A DNA stretch of 64,000 nt from Sphaerodactylus townsendi (lineage: Eukaryota): contig NC_059428.1 in assembly GCF_021028975.2 (NCBI RefSeq), positions 138,508,001 through 138,572,000 of the forward strand, read 5' to 3'. The first letter of the stretch is position 1. Every line of letters starts with the position of its first letter. Made by a program: the position numbers and the translations under genes. The notes under the pieces were generated by a model. The model saw only the letters and a program-made list of their open reading frames with translations, ran no database searches and had not been told where the DNA came from. Positions 53,079 through 64,000 of this stretch are shown here, one piece after another.

Positions 53079-54894
53079 ACAGTGTTCAATATTAAATATC
53101 TAAAATGGATTGTCCAATCTTCCAACAAGTAGGTTACTGTCAATGTCGTGCTTGTGGATATAAGTCTGTTGGATAGTGACAAGCACGATATAAAACAAAG
53201 CAGAGTCACCCAGGAAGTATCTGCAAGACAGACAGATTACAACATTGACAGTAACCTACTTGTTGGAAGATTGGACAATCCATTTTGGATATTTAATATT
53301 GAACACTGTTATGGTTGTATACACCCCTTGTTTATGGGGATAATGTGGAATATTGATATTAAGTGTATGAATTTGTTAATATAATTAAGTCACTGGACAG
53401 CATAAGTGTGTAACATTTCTTCTTTGTTCTTTCTGCTTGGTACCTCTGATCCTTCCAGGTTTTCCAGCGGGGGTTATTCTGCTGGTGGTTATTTCCCACG
53501 CTGCCTTTTGCCCTGCAGTGAGGGATCTTCTCCGCTGAACGGCTGTTCCTCAGCATCTCATTGTCATCCTTTTTTAATTCTTCAGCGCTTTCTCTGGTGT
53601 TTTAAGTGGAAAATGTATTTCCATGAGGATGTGGCTGGTTTCAAGAGACCGCAGGCCAGCCAGAAACCAATTCTCTAGGCGCAGGGTGGGACACAAATGT
53701 TTAAACTAAACAATCCCAGCAGCCAAGAGCTGCCACTAGTGTGCTGGCTGACATTCACTTACTGGGAAATTGTTCAGTCATTTCACGAGGGTTAAATATA
53801 ACCCAAATGGAAAACACCCCCACACGAACAGAGGCACTCCTGGGCCGTTTGTGCACATCTGGGGGTGGGGGGAGCCTTCCAAGCAGCTCTCCTTAGAGAG
53901 CCTTCCCCCCACTCTGGTGTGTTTCAATCACTATCTTTAGAATAAGTAGACAAGCCCTCTTTATAGGTTTCAAACCAGGCAGATAACGGGATCTCTGCTC
54001 CGAAGGGCCTCTTTTGGAGCCACAGACCCCTGCTGTGGTTGTTCTGGGTGCTTCAGTGTATGGGACACGGTGCAGATGAGCTCAGGCGCTCACATCTGCT
54101 CCAGAAGTTGAACGTTCCCCTCTGGGGTGAAGCTATAACTCAGTGGCTGCTCAGCATACAGAGGGTCCCAGGCAGGAGGCTGTTTTGGCAAGCCCTTGGG
54201 GAGCACGTGGCCCCCCCCCCCCCCCCCGCCAGGGAGACAGTCAAGGAGTGTCAGGGTCAGGACGGAAGACTACTATGAACTAAAACAGCCGCCCTGCTTG
54301 GACAACACTGGATCGAGCCTGCTGGACACAATCCAGGTCTTGAGATCAGGAAAAGAAGAAACCCTGCAGGGTCTGTCTGGGTCCCTTGTGCCTCTGGAGT
54401 GGGCAGTTCCTATTCCACTCAAGGGGCGAACACACAGCACTGAGCATGGCCTGGAGGAGTGCCCCGTGCCCCCTCCCATCTGGATGCCCCTGCTTTTAAA
54501 ATAGCAGTTTGCATCTTCCAGAAGGGAGATGCAGCTCATTGCACCATTCTTGTCCTACAAACTGCCCAGGAGTTTTACAATGACATATGAAGGGTGCATT
54601 TCACCAGGCAGTGCCTCAGATGACCCCTGTGAGAGCCTTTCAGGGTGGGGCCTCAAACAACAGGGAGGCCGGGCAGGCGGGGGGCAGGATGCAGATACTA
54701 AAAACACAGATTTAGAGACTCAAACTTGGGGAGACAGACTTCTCTGTTTTGCACTGGGGTCCTGGGTGCAGGCTCCACATTTAATCATGAAAATCATGAG
54801 TTAGAAGAGACCATCAGGGCCATCCAGTCCAACCCGCTGCAATGGAGGAACACCCCATGAAAGAACTCCTGAGAGATGGCAGTGCAGCCTCTAT

Positions 54895-55087
54895 GGTGGT
54901 GTGGGTTTTCCGGGTTGTATGGCTGTGTTCCGGTAACATTTTCTCCTGATGTTTCGCCTGCATCTGCGGCTGGCATCTTCAGATGCAGGTGAAACGTCAG
55001 GAGAAAAAGCAACTGGAACACGGCCATACAATCCGGAAAACCCTCAGCACCCTAGTGATTCCGGCTGTGAAAGCCTTCAACAATACA
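54895..55087. mobile_element. Penelope-derived fold-back repeat nested in CR1
   Basis: Same family; minus-strand CTGAAGA-TGCC...GGC-GAAACATC. Confidence 0.75.
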
Positions 55088-55106
55088 TCCAGCCTCTGTT
55101 GAAAAG

Positions 55107-55400
55107 GAGCAGCAGTGGCGTAGGAGGTTAAGAGCTCGTGTATCTAATCTGGAGGAACCGGGTTTGATTCCCAGCTCTGCCGCCTGAGCTGTGGAGGCTT
55201 ATCTGGGGAATTCAGAGTAGCCTGTGCACTCACACACACGCCAGCTGGGTGACCTTGGGCTAGTCACAGCTTCTCGGAGCTCTCTCAGCCCCACCCACCT
55301 CACAGGGTGTTAGTTGTGAGGGGGGAAGGAGATTGTCAGCCCCTTTGAGTCTCCTGCAGGAGAGAAAAGGGGGATATAAATCCAAACTCCTCCTCCTCCT
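55107..55400 (+). mobile_element. Squam3-like SINE inserted in a CR1 fragment
   Basis: Same consensus as 44953 and 62394; flanked by CR1 3' sequence. Confidence 0.85.
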
Positions 55401-56682
55401 TCCAAGGAGACTCCACCCCCACGCATATTCCACTCAGGAAGTTCTTCCTAAGGTTTAGGTGGAATGTCCTTTCCTGCACCCTGAACCCATGACTCCTGGT
55501 CCTAGACACTAGCAAAACTGCAGCACTGAGGGCAAGAGGTCTGCAAGCGACAGATCCAAAGATCTCAGCAGTGGAAGAGGGAGCAGCAGGCGGTTCCTCT
55601 CTTGCTCCAGAAGGCAGAAGCAGCTACACATAGTGGAGATGGTAAAAAATAGTAACTGTCCGACCAAAAGGGAGATAAAAATTTAAATCCATCAATAAGC
55701 AAATTACATAATATGATAACACCACTCCATCAGTAGACTGCAAGATAAAAAGATTCCCAGTAAACCACAACAATGCAGTTGGGCTGGGAGGAAAAGAAAA
55801 ACTAGATGATCTCCAAGGCACCTTCTGAGGCGCAGATTCCACGGATTGGTCCTCCTCCAAAGTCCCTTCATGTCTGCTGAGGTCATTCAACCAGGCTGCA
55901 GAATACGTGGCCAGCATCCACCACATTGGGCAGACACCAGCACGTGACCCGCTCTGCCTAATGTGGTGGATGCTGACCACGTATTCTGCAGCCTGATTGT
56001 CTCCCTGGTTGTCTGCCTTGGAGGGCCACAAAAGTAGCTGCCATAGCCAAGGCCAAGTGATGGGGGGAAGGGGAGAGCTCCTTAGAATGCAGGAACAACT
56101 TCAGTGTAGCTCAGAAGAGGGTCTTCAGGGGCTGCCCCCACCACCACCGTCCCTCCCTCCCTGCTGACACCCCATCTGCACTGTTGGAAGAGAAGGACTT
56201 TACACTGTTTCCTGCCTCAACCCACAGAGGGGGTTTTACTAGTTAGCCAGTGGCTAGATAGGGACCCAGGGATTGACACCTTTACTCTTATCATGCTGGC
56301 TCTATCCCTTTGATGTTAAATTGCTACTCTCAGGGACTTCCTTCCTTCCACCTTCTTCTTGCACACTTCTCCTTCTTACTTTCACCATGCCTAGAGGGAG
56401 GATGGGTACTCCGTGCATCTGTCTCCATCCAGCTAGAATAGGATAGATTAGTGAACCTATCTACCTACCTTTCTATCCAGAATGGAGTTCACTAATAAAT
56501 ACTCTTTTTATTAGCTTAGAAACTATGAATGACTCTGACTTTTCTTTGTGCCAAAGCTCACTTGCAAACTCACACACACATGTGCGCAGGTAAGCTTACG
56601 CTGTGCTTAGCCACCAGTGCGCTCTGCTCGTTGTGCAACGGGAAAACACACTACGAGGTGTTGTTTCTCCCTTCATGTACAT

Positions 56683-57325
56683 CAGGGGCCCCCAAACTAC
56701 GGCCTGGGGGCCAAATGTGGCCCCCTGAAGGCATTTATCCGGCCCGCCAGGCACGGCGGAGATGGCTCCATTCATGTGCAGTGGGGGCTCGAGGGAGAGG
56801 AGGAACCGGCCCCAACGGCTGTTGATTGCAGTTACATGATGGCACCCCCAAATCTCCATGCATTTTCTGACCCAGAGTTGGAAACCTTACATGTGGCAGT
56901 GCCTGCTCCGCCCTTCCCTCTCAGCTACTCCATGTGTTGCTCTCAGGCTTTCTGTTCCGCCTCACTCCCATTGGCATCAGCCAGGCTGGCGAATCGCTCG
57001 CTGGCTGCTAGGGAGGAAAGAACCCAGGAAGATACCTGATCCTGGGTTAGATGGAATGCTTCATTGGGAAAGTTCTGCTTTTTTTTTTTTTTACAGGGGA
57101 AGGTATTCCACAGCCTCCCCAACAATATTTGGAGCCCACCCTGTACTTGACATACTTTGGTCACTATTCTAAAAATAGACCATGACAGAAAGGCTGAAAG
57201 GTGAAATCAAACATTTTACAATCATTTGTGCATAGGAATTTGTTCATAGTTTTTTTTAGTCCGGCCCTCCAACAGTCTGAGGGACAGTGAACTGGCCCCC
57301 TGTTTAAAAAGTTTGGGGACCCCTG
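56683..57325. mobile_element. hAT MITE
   Basis: TIRs CAGGGG(C/T)CCCCAAACT; TSD ATGTACAT at 56675-56682 and 57326-57333. Confidence 0.9.
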
Positions 57326-57799
57326 ATGTACATCCTTGTCTTCCTCACTCTTCCATCACTTGGGGGGGAATTAAGTCAGCAGAGAGGCCCCAACGGGAGA
57401 CAGCCCTTCTGCCTGGGTACTGCCACTGTGTGGCAACCCAAAAGCTCTGCGAGTGCCAGCCCAGTCTCAAATGGTGGTCAGAGTAGAGGCCAAGGTTGGC
57501 ACCACCTCTCAAGGCCTGGCTTCAGCTCCTCGCTGTTGGAATGGTTTGCAGCAGCCCCCCAGGAAGGAAAGAAAGAGGCTGTTGACTCCATTCTTTTGGC
57601 CCGGAGGCTCCAGCGATCCCTTTGCTTAAAGGGCAGATGACGCCGCTCTAAATGGCGGCATTCTTGTGCTTCTCAGTGGGCCTCTGTTGGTGCCAGCCTT
57701 GGTCACAAAGGGGCATTCAAGGCGATCTCCTTCCTGTGCATTCATGAGCCCAAATCCAGCCAGGGCTAAAAGGCCCCAAATGATGGAGTCGGATCCGGC

Positions 57800-59120
57800 A
57801 GCCGCTGGCAGCATCTGGTGGGGGCCATAAACAGCCCGGGGGGGGGGGTGTCCCAGAGCCCAGGGGGACCAGCTCGGCCACAGCATGGAAGACCAGCGGG
57901 GCCCGGGAGGCCGCCCGGAGGAGCACAGTGACCACCGGACGGACTCCAGCCCCACGACCGCCCGGGCAAGTGCAGGAACTGGGGGAGGGGGCGCCCTCCG
58001 GGCAAGGGCCGGCCGAAGCTGGCACCGAGCGATCCCCGGTGGTGGCGGGAAGGCCTGCTGCTCGACAGGGGCCAACGCTGCTCCCGCAGGAGGAGGAGGC
58101 TCAGCCGGCGCGCCCGGGGTCGGGGTGGGGGGGTGGGCGGCGTGTCCGGCGGCGCTGCAGAGGGCGCGCTGTCCGGGGAGAGGCCGGCCCCGGCGCTGCC
58201 TCCCTGCTTGGCGCGCCCGAATGGGAAGGGGCGCCGAGGAGGAGGCCTGGCCTGCCGGGGCGCGCCTTGGCCCTGGGCCCCTCCTGGGTCGAGCCCCCGG
58301 TCCGGTCCAGCGGAGGTGAGTCCCCGGCGGGCGGGTTGACGGGCGGGCGCCGCGCCTGGCTCTTCTTCCGAGGGCGCATTCCTGAGGCCTGAGTCAGCCC
58401 CGGCCCGCCTTCCGCGCCGGGCCGCCCTCCGGTCTGCAGGCCGGGCCCCGCGTCGAATGGCCGCCCGCCCGCGCCTCACTCCTGCGCCCCGGCCTGGGCT
58501 GCCCGGCGGCTGCGGCGGGTAAGTGAGGGAGGGAGGGAGGGAGACACCCGGCCGGCGGGCGGGCGGGCGCGCGGGGAGCCGCCGGACGGACCAGCAGGCA
58601 GGCAGGCAGGCCGCGGCAGCCCTGGAGGCCGGCCGGGCCGGGGCGCTGGACTCCGCTCCCTTGCGGGGATCCCCGCCGCCACTGGGGGCCGGCTGCCTGC
58701 CGAGTACGACGAGCGCGCCAGGCTCCTCCGGGGGTGGGCGGGACTGGACGGCGGGCGGCGGGTCTGGGGGCTTCCCTGGCTCGGGCTCCGCGGGGCGGCG
58801 GAGAGGGAGCCTTGGGAGGCGCGCGCTGCGCTCGGCGGGGCCTGGTTACCGGCGGAGGCCCGTCGCTTCGCCCCCTCCTTCCCGCACCCCTTTCCGAGCT
58901 GGCACGGGGCGGGCAACAGGGCGGCGGCGGGCCGGGCTCTCTCCGTGGGCCTGCGGGGCACGTGCTTGGGGCTACTACCCGCCCCCTCTTGGGCAGGAGG
59001 GCCTCCCATTGGGCAGAGACTCCGCCCGGCCTGGGGGGGATGCGGGGGCCAGACCCTTCCCGCTCCCCCACCTCCATTGAGCCTGAGCAGGGTGGGGAGC
59101 GGGGTGGGCCGGAGCGCTGC
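57800..59120 (+). promoter_or_regulatory. CpG-island promoter and probable non-coding exon 1 of RHBDF1
   Basis: Very CpG-rich. Strong donor CGG|GTAAGT at 58518/58519, second possible donor GAG|GTGAGT at 58315/58316. AP-1-type TGAGTCAGC at 58390-58398. Confidence 0.7.
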
Positions 59121-62100
59121 ACCGATTACCTGCTCTCAATCAGAGAAACTTGCCTCCTGCAAGAGTAGAAAAGTCGGGGTGAAGTGGGGTGGGGGCCTGA
59201 AGGCCCCCCTTGGAAGACTGTGGAGGCTCTGAGGCCAGGAATATTCCCTCTTCCCCCTCCGAGTGGGTCATGGGCACAGCTGGGCTCTTGCCCTTCAGAC
59301 GCTTCTCGCCCTTCTGGTCATCCCAGCGGCCGAGAAATCCCAAGCAGAACATGAAGCTGCTGGACTCGGTTGAGTTTTTTTGGAGGGGGGGTGGGGGGGC
59401 GTCAGTCAGGGCAGAATTCAGACCCTGCGATTCCCCCTGTCCATGAGCTGAAGGGTCAGTGAGTCCGGCCCCTCCGCCTGCCTTGTCCTGATGGATCCCA
59501 CACACTCTCCCCACCCCACTTTTCCTGCCTGAAAATCCAGAGGAGCTCCATGGGCCTTTCTCTCAGAACAACTGGCAACACATTTGGGGTCCTGGGGAGC
59601 TCTCGGCAGGCTTGGGGCCCCGTGCCCATGAGCTGTGGTCCAGGGGTGGGGTGGGTGCACGTGGGATGCAGCCGCCACTGGCCAGGCCCCTTTGCCCCTG
59701 AGTCTGGTGAATGGCCCAGTGGGCCCTGTGGGGTGCTTGTGGGGAGCCCCCTCAGCTCCTGCTTCCTGGGGGAACTCTGACCCACCCCAGGCCACAGTAG
59801 CCCAGAAGTGCTGCTGTCTCTGGCACTTTGAGGGCCTCTTCTGGACCCAAGTGGAGCTTGGAGGTGGGGACTCTCTGTTTGCTGCGCTCTTTGTGGCTGT
59901 GGAACTGTGGGACTGCCCTGAGGAGGTCTTCTGGAACTGCTGCCTACAGGAGCCCTTTCTGGCCTGGGAACGGCTCTTCCCTGACCTCTGCCTTGCCGCA
60001 GCCTCTGTGGGCTGGTGGCAGAGACTTCTGGTGGGGCAGCTGGGATGGAAGAAGGATTGATCCCTCAGACCCCTCCTCCCCATCCCTGTTCAATGCCTGG
60101 TAAAGTGAAGCACCTTTTCAAGGTGCTGAGAGCACCCTTCCCCTGGGACAGCATCTCCTTGCGCGGGTCAGGCTGTGGGGCGCACGGGCGAGTGCAGGTG
60201 CGCGGTGGCTGTTCAGCAGGGAGGCAGGTGGGAGCCAGCCAGGCCTCATGGTGATGGGGCCCAGCGGTCTCTGCACAATCCCCAGCCAAGGACAGGAACG
60301 GTGTTGCGTTCCAGGATCTCTGCCAGGCCTGCGTGGCAGCAGATCTCGCTCATTCTGGGATCCACTGTGATGTCCTGAGAGAAGATCTCAGCGCAAGACT
60401 CCTATGGGAACATCTGAATGAGGAACTGGCTTTTCTGGTTCTAGATAAAGGCAGTCAGGAGCTGCCCAGATCTTCGGAAGAAGGAAGGCCGCCGCCACCG
60501 CCGCCGTCTCTGGTGTTGGGCGGGAGCAGCCTCCCATGTGGGCAGCAGCTGGGGTCATGAGCAGGAGAGGGGGCTGCTGGTACCCCGTTTCTCTTCTCCT
60601 CCCCCTGTGCCACGCTTGTCACCACCCGTTGTGCCGTGCCCCAGGGGTACTGGCATGGGGTTCACACCACTTCGGCAGAAACGGTTGTTAAAATGGTGCT
60701 TGTAAACAACTGGTTGTTAAAATATTTGAATCCCACCTCTGGAAGGGCTGTGTGGGCTTGCAGTAGCAGAAGCCAGTCAGAGCAGAGCAGCTTTTATGAC
60801 AGGAAGGAAATCTGGAGGTCATGGACCGGACGGCCAAGGATGGCTGCTTGCACCTGGACTATTGCAAAGCCAGCCAGCTGGGAGAGAGGTGGGCAGGCCC
60901 TGGTCAGCAGGATATGGCTTTCTGCACTGGTCATCTCAGGATGGGGAGGCGGGGGGTGGTGGCTTGCGAGGCTCAGTGGTTTCAGGATTGCACCCTTGAG
61001 TTTGACATCTTGTGACATCTTGTGGCTTGTGAGCCTGGGGGAACTGACTGGAAAGGGGAGGGGGCGGTGAGAGAGGCAGAGAAGTGGAATCTCTCAGGGC
61101 CAAAGAGGGGCTGGTGCTCCTCCTTCCAGCCCAGAGGTGCAGAAGAGGAAACGGCTGCAGGACCCCCAGCCTGACATGTCCTTGCATGTTCCTAGAAGAC
61201 AGCTGGGTGTGTGACTGGACTCCTCCGCTCTTTGGGCTTTTGGTGGGGGGGAGGGGGGAATGTGGAGAAGAGCCTTCCTTCAACCAGGGCAGGGGTCGGG
61301 GGAGGGGGCTGGCTTGGCCGTGTTCACTTTGCCCCCTCCAAATGGACGTGGGGGTGTCAGCTGGCTTCGTCTGGCAGCTTTAACAGGGCAAAGACTAGCA
61401 GGGCGGAAGCTCCCTGGTGCAGACAGCAGCGTGGGAACTCCGGCCTCTCCGACTGGAATGCTGGGGAGGGGGGGAGGGGCGCGGGCAGGCAGGCAGGCAG
61501 GGAGCAGCTGGCCCAACCTCTGTTTTTGGACTGGGATGCTGTGCCCATTTCTGCACTGGCACTGAGGTGGGGGTGGGTGGTGGGTAGGGTGAGGGCAGAG
61601 CAACCAGGCCTCTTAGCCCCTGGGTTTCTCCCCCAGATTCATCCCAGGAATCCTCCGGACAGTTCAGAGGCCCGTCAGGCAAGGGCAGGATGGGCCCCCA
61701 GACTCAGCTCCATGGGAGATTGTGCCATCAAAGGAGGCCCTCCTGCTGCTGAGGTGTCCGTCCTTCTCTGTGGGTGGGGGGAAGGGTGGGGGTCTCTGCA
61801 GATCAACAGGTGGGGAGTTCCTAACCAGCCAAGGATGCTTCTTCCCCATGTTCCTTGGATGTGGGCATGGCTGCAGGTCAGAGAGGTCCTTGCACTGGGG
61901 AAACAGCTCTCTCTGGAGCTGCCCCACTGGTGGGGGCACTGGGTTCTTAGCCTGGGGGGTGGGGGAGCCTGCTTCCCCCACCCCCCAGGCCTGTCCCTTG
62001 TCCTTACTCTTCACTATCTTCATCGTCTTCTTTTGCCGGCCATTTCTGTTGCCCTGTCAGAGGCCAGCTGCAGGATACCAGCCACACCCTCAGGGGGCCC

Positions 62101-62165
62101 TATTGCATCCCTCCCCCCACTAACCTAGCTGCCTTTCCCCCAGGCCTGAGAGCTGAGGTGGGAGG

Positions 62166-62978
62166 ATGTCTGAAGCCTGCCGGGACGGCACGAGCACCTT
62201 ACAGAGGAAGAAGCCATCTTGGCTGAAGCTGGACATTCCTGCTCCCATGGGGGTGGGGGTAGCCGAGGAGCCGGCCTTGGCACAGGTACCAGGGGAGGGG
62301 GAGATACAGAAGGACTTGGACGAAGGTGTCACACCTCCCTCCCCACATAGAAAGAGACCCCCGCCTGCCCCCCCCCTCCCGCAGTGTCCTGAGAGCCAGC
62401 GTGGTGTAGTGGTTAAGAGGAGGTGCACTCTGATCTGGAGAACTGGGTTTGATTCCCCACTCTTCCACTTGAGCTGTGGAGGCTTATCTGGTGAACCAGA
62501 TTAGCTTGTGCGCTCCAACACACGCCAGCTGGATGACCTTGGGCAGTTCTTTGGAGCGCTCTCAGCCCCACCCACCTCACAGGGGGTTTGTTGTGAGGGG
62601 GGAAGGGAAAGGCCCCTTTGAGTCTCCTTGCAGGAGAGAAAGGGGGATATAAATAAAAACTCCTCCTCTTCTACTTCTTCTTCCTGCTTCCTCTGGAGAA
62701 ACAGCCCTTTTTCCCAGCCAGACAACTGGCCAAGATTCCAGGTGTTCATCCTGGGAGCCCCCCTTTGCCCCTGTGGCTGGAGGCCTCCAAGGGTAGCTGG
62801 GAAGGGGGCAAAGCAGGGTGTGACACCCCCTCTGGTTTCTCCCACAGCCATTGAAGCGCCAGGCCTTCCTGCGAAGCATCAGCATGCCTTCAGAAAACAC
62901 GCACTTCTCTTCCCCTCTGAATGAGTTTCGGCGGCCCGTCCTCCAGCGGCAGACCTCCATCACCCAGACCATCCGGCG
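62166..62978 (+). CDS. RHBDF1: Inactive rhomboid protein 1 (iRhom1), first two coding exons; gene continues beyond window
   Basis: Coding exons 62166-62285 ([25 protein letters not shown]) and 62848-62978 ([14 protein letters not shown]...[13 protein letters not shown]). Conserved head-to-head synteny with MPG. Confidence 0.93.
62394..62685 (+). mobile_element. Squam3-like SINE in an RHBDF1 intron
   Basis: Same consensus. Partial copies also at about 31540-31720 (-), 43300-43440 and 63330-63465. Confidence 0.85.
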
Positions 62979-64000
62979 GTAAGATCTGGTCCAGGGGTCA
63001 CCTGCCGTGCTCAGGCAAGGTTAGCAGAGCTCCATCCAGCACAGGAGGAGGGGAGAGACCCCATCAGCCGCAGGAACTGTCTGGCTTCTTGGATTCTTAG
63101 CAGCCGGGAAGCCCTTTTGTGGGACGGGCATTCGGGTGGCTGGCCATGCCAGGGCGGTGGGTGCAGTACAATGGGATTGTAGCAGTCTGAAGAGGCTGCC
63201 CTCCTGTGGGATCTGTGGTATGTATTAGGACTGTGCCAGTAAGTCACGTTTGTTGCCAAGGCTCTTTGGAGACCATGCAGGAAGGTGATTGGAGAAAATG
63301 AAGATGTTGGGGATGAACTGGCTAATCACCGTTCTCTCCGAACTCTCTCAGCCCCGCCTGCCTCACAAGGGGTCTGTTGTGGGGAGAGGAAGGGAAAGGA
63401 GCTTGTAAGCCACCTTGAGTCTTCTGACAAGAGAGAAAGCTGGGCTATTAATCCAAACTGTTCTTCTGAACTGGGGAATACTGGGCATTTGGAATAACTT
63501 ATTTTTAAAAATCTGCCCTGTGGCACCTTCAAAGTGGTCTAACTCTTGCTACAAGAGGCACCACGGTTTACTTCTGAGCTGGCAGCAGTGGGGCTTGGTT
63601 GTGGATTTGGGCATCTTGGAAACGGGGTTGAAATCCCTCCCTCCCCACCCTTACCTGCCACCTTGTTCCACGTGGACGGAGAGGTTGGCTCAATGAAATG
63701 TTAAAACTGCAACAGGCTCTTGTGTGGGCGGGGGGGGGGGACCCAGGGCAGTGGGCTCCTTTTTGATGAGCTGCTTATTGTTCCTGTCCCCCAGATTGCT
63801 TACTGGTGGGGGTAATCCTGCACCTGCCCAGAGTGGCACTTTGCATCACAGAGGAGCTGCCCCCGGGTAGTCCCGTCCCCCCCCAAACATCCTGGAGTGA
63901 GGGCAGTCTTGCTGGGAAAAGTGGTTGTTTTAAATTAAGTCTAGCTGGTTGTTTTAAGTTGTTTTGTTTTAAGTGGCCTCCCTGGACCTACAGAGGCTAC

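Noticed and set aside
53500-53560. Possible hammerhead (minus-strand CTGAGGA...)
   Set aside because: No GAAA core or convincing stems.
57626-59232. Overlapping ORFs of 140-240 aa
   Set aside because: GC-rich RHBDF1 promoter island; no recognisable protein similarity.
61211-62128. 305-aa ORF upstream of the RHBDF1 start
   Set aside because: Non-ATG start, intronic, low-complexity, no recognisable domain.

Overview
Vertebrate genomic DNA, GC-rich and intron-containing. The repeat content (Squam3-like SINEs, CR1, L2, Penelope, hAT MITEs) points to a squamate, probably a gecko. The window is the alpha-globin locus. Gene order: TMEM8A/PGAP6 (-, exons 1-10, 3' end outside window), alphaA-globin (-), alphaD-globin (-), NPRL3 (+, complete, 569 aa), MPG (-), RHBDF1 (+, 5' part). 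The cluster has only two globin genes: I found no embryonic alphaE/pi/zeta gene and no globin-Y, and TMEM8A lies directly 3' of alphaA as in chicken. The major erythroid enhancer HS-40/MCS-R2 is recognisable motif-for-motif in the orthologous NPRL3 intron, with candidate R1, R3, R4 and CTCF sites. Less expected features: a decayed gag-only Ty3/Gypsy element whose GATA-bearing LTR-like copy abuts the TMEM8A promoter; a G-rich 13-unit VNTR between the two globin genes; at least six fold-back Penelope-derived repeats carrying hammerhead-ribozyme motifs, one with an intact core in the sense strand of the last NPRL3 intron; a GIY-YIG Penelope element nested in a LINE; a GC-AG intron in MPG; and several unexplained long hairpins. 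I cannot demonstrate a wholly new biological system from sequence alone, so the findings are ranked hypotheses.
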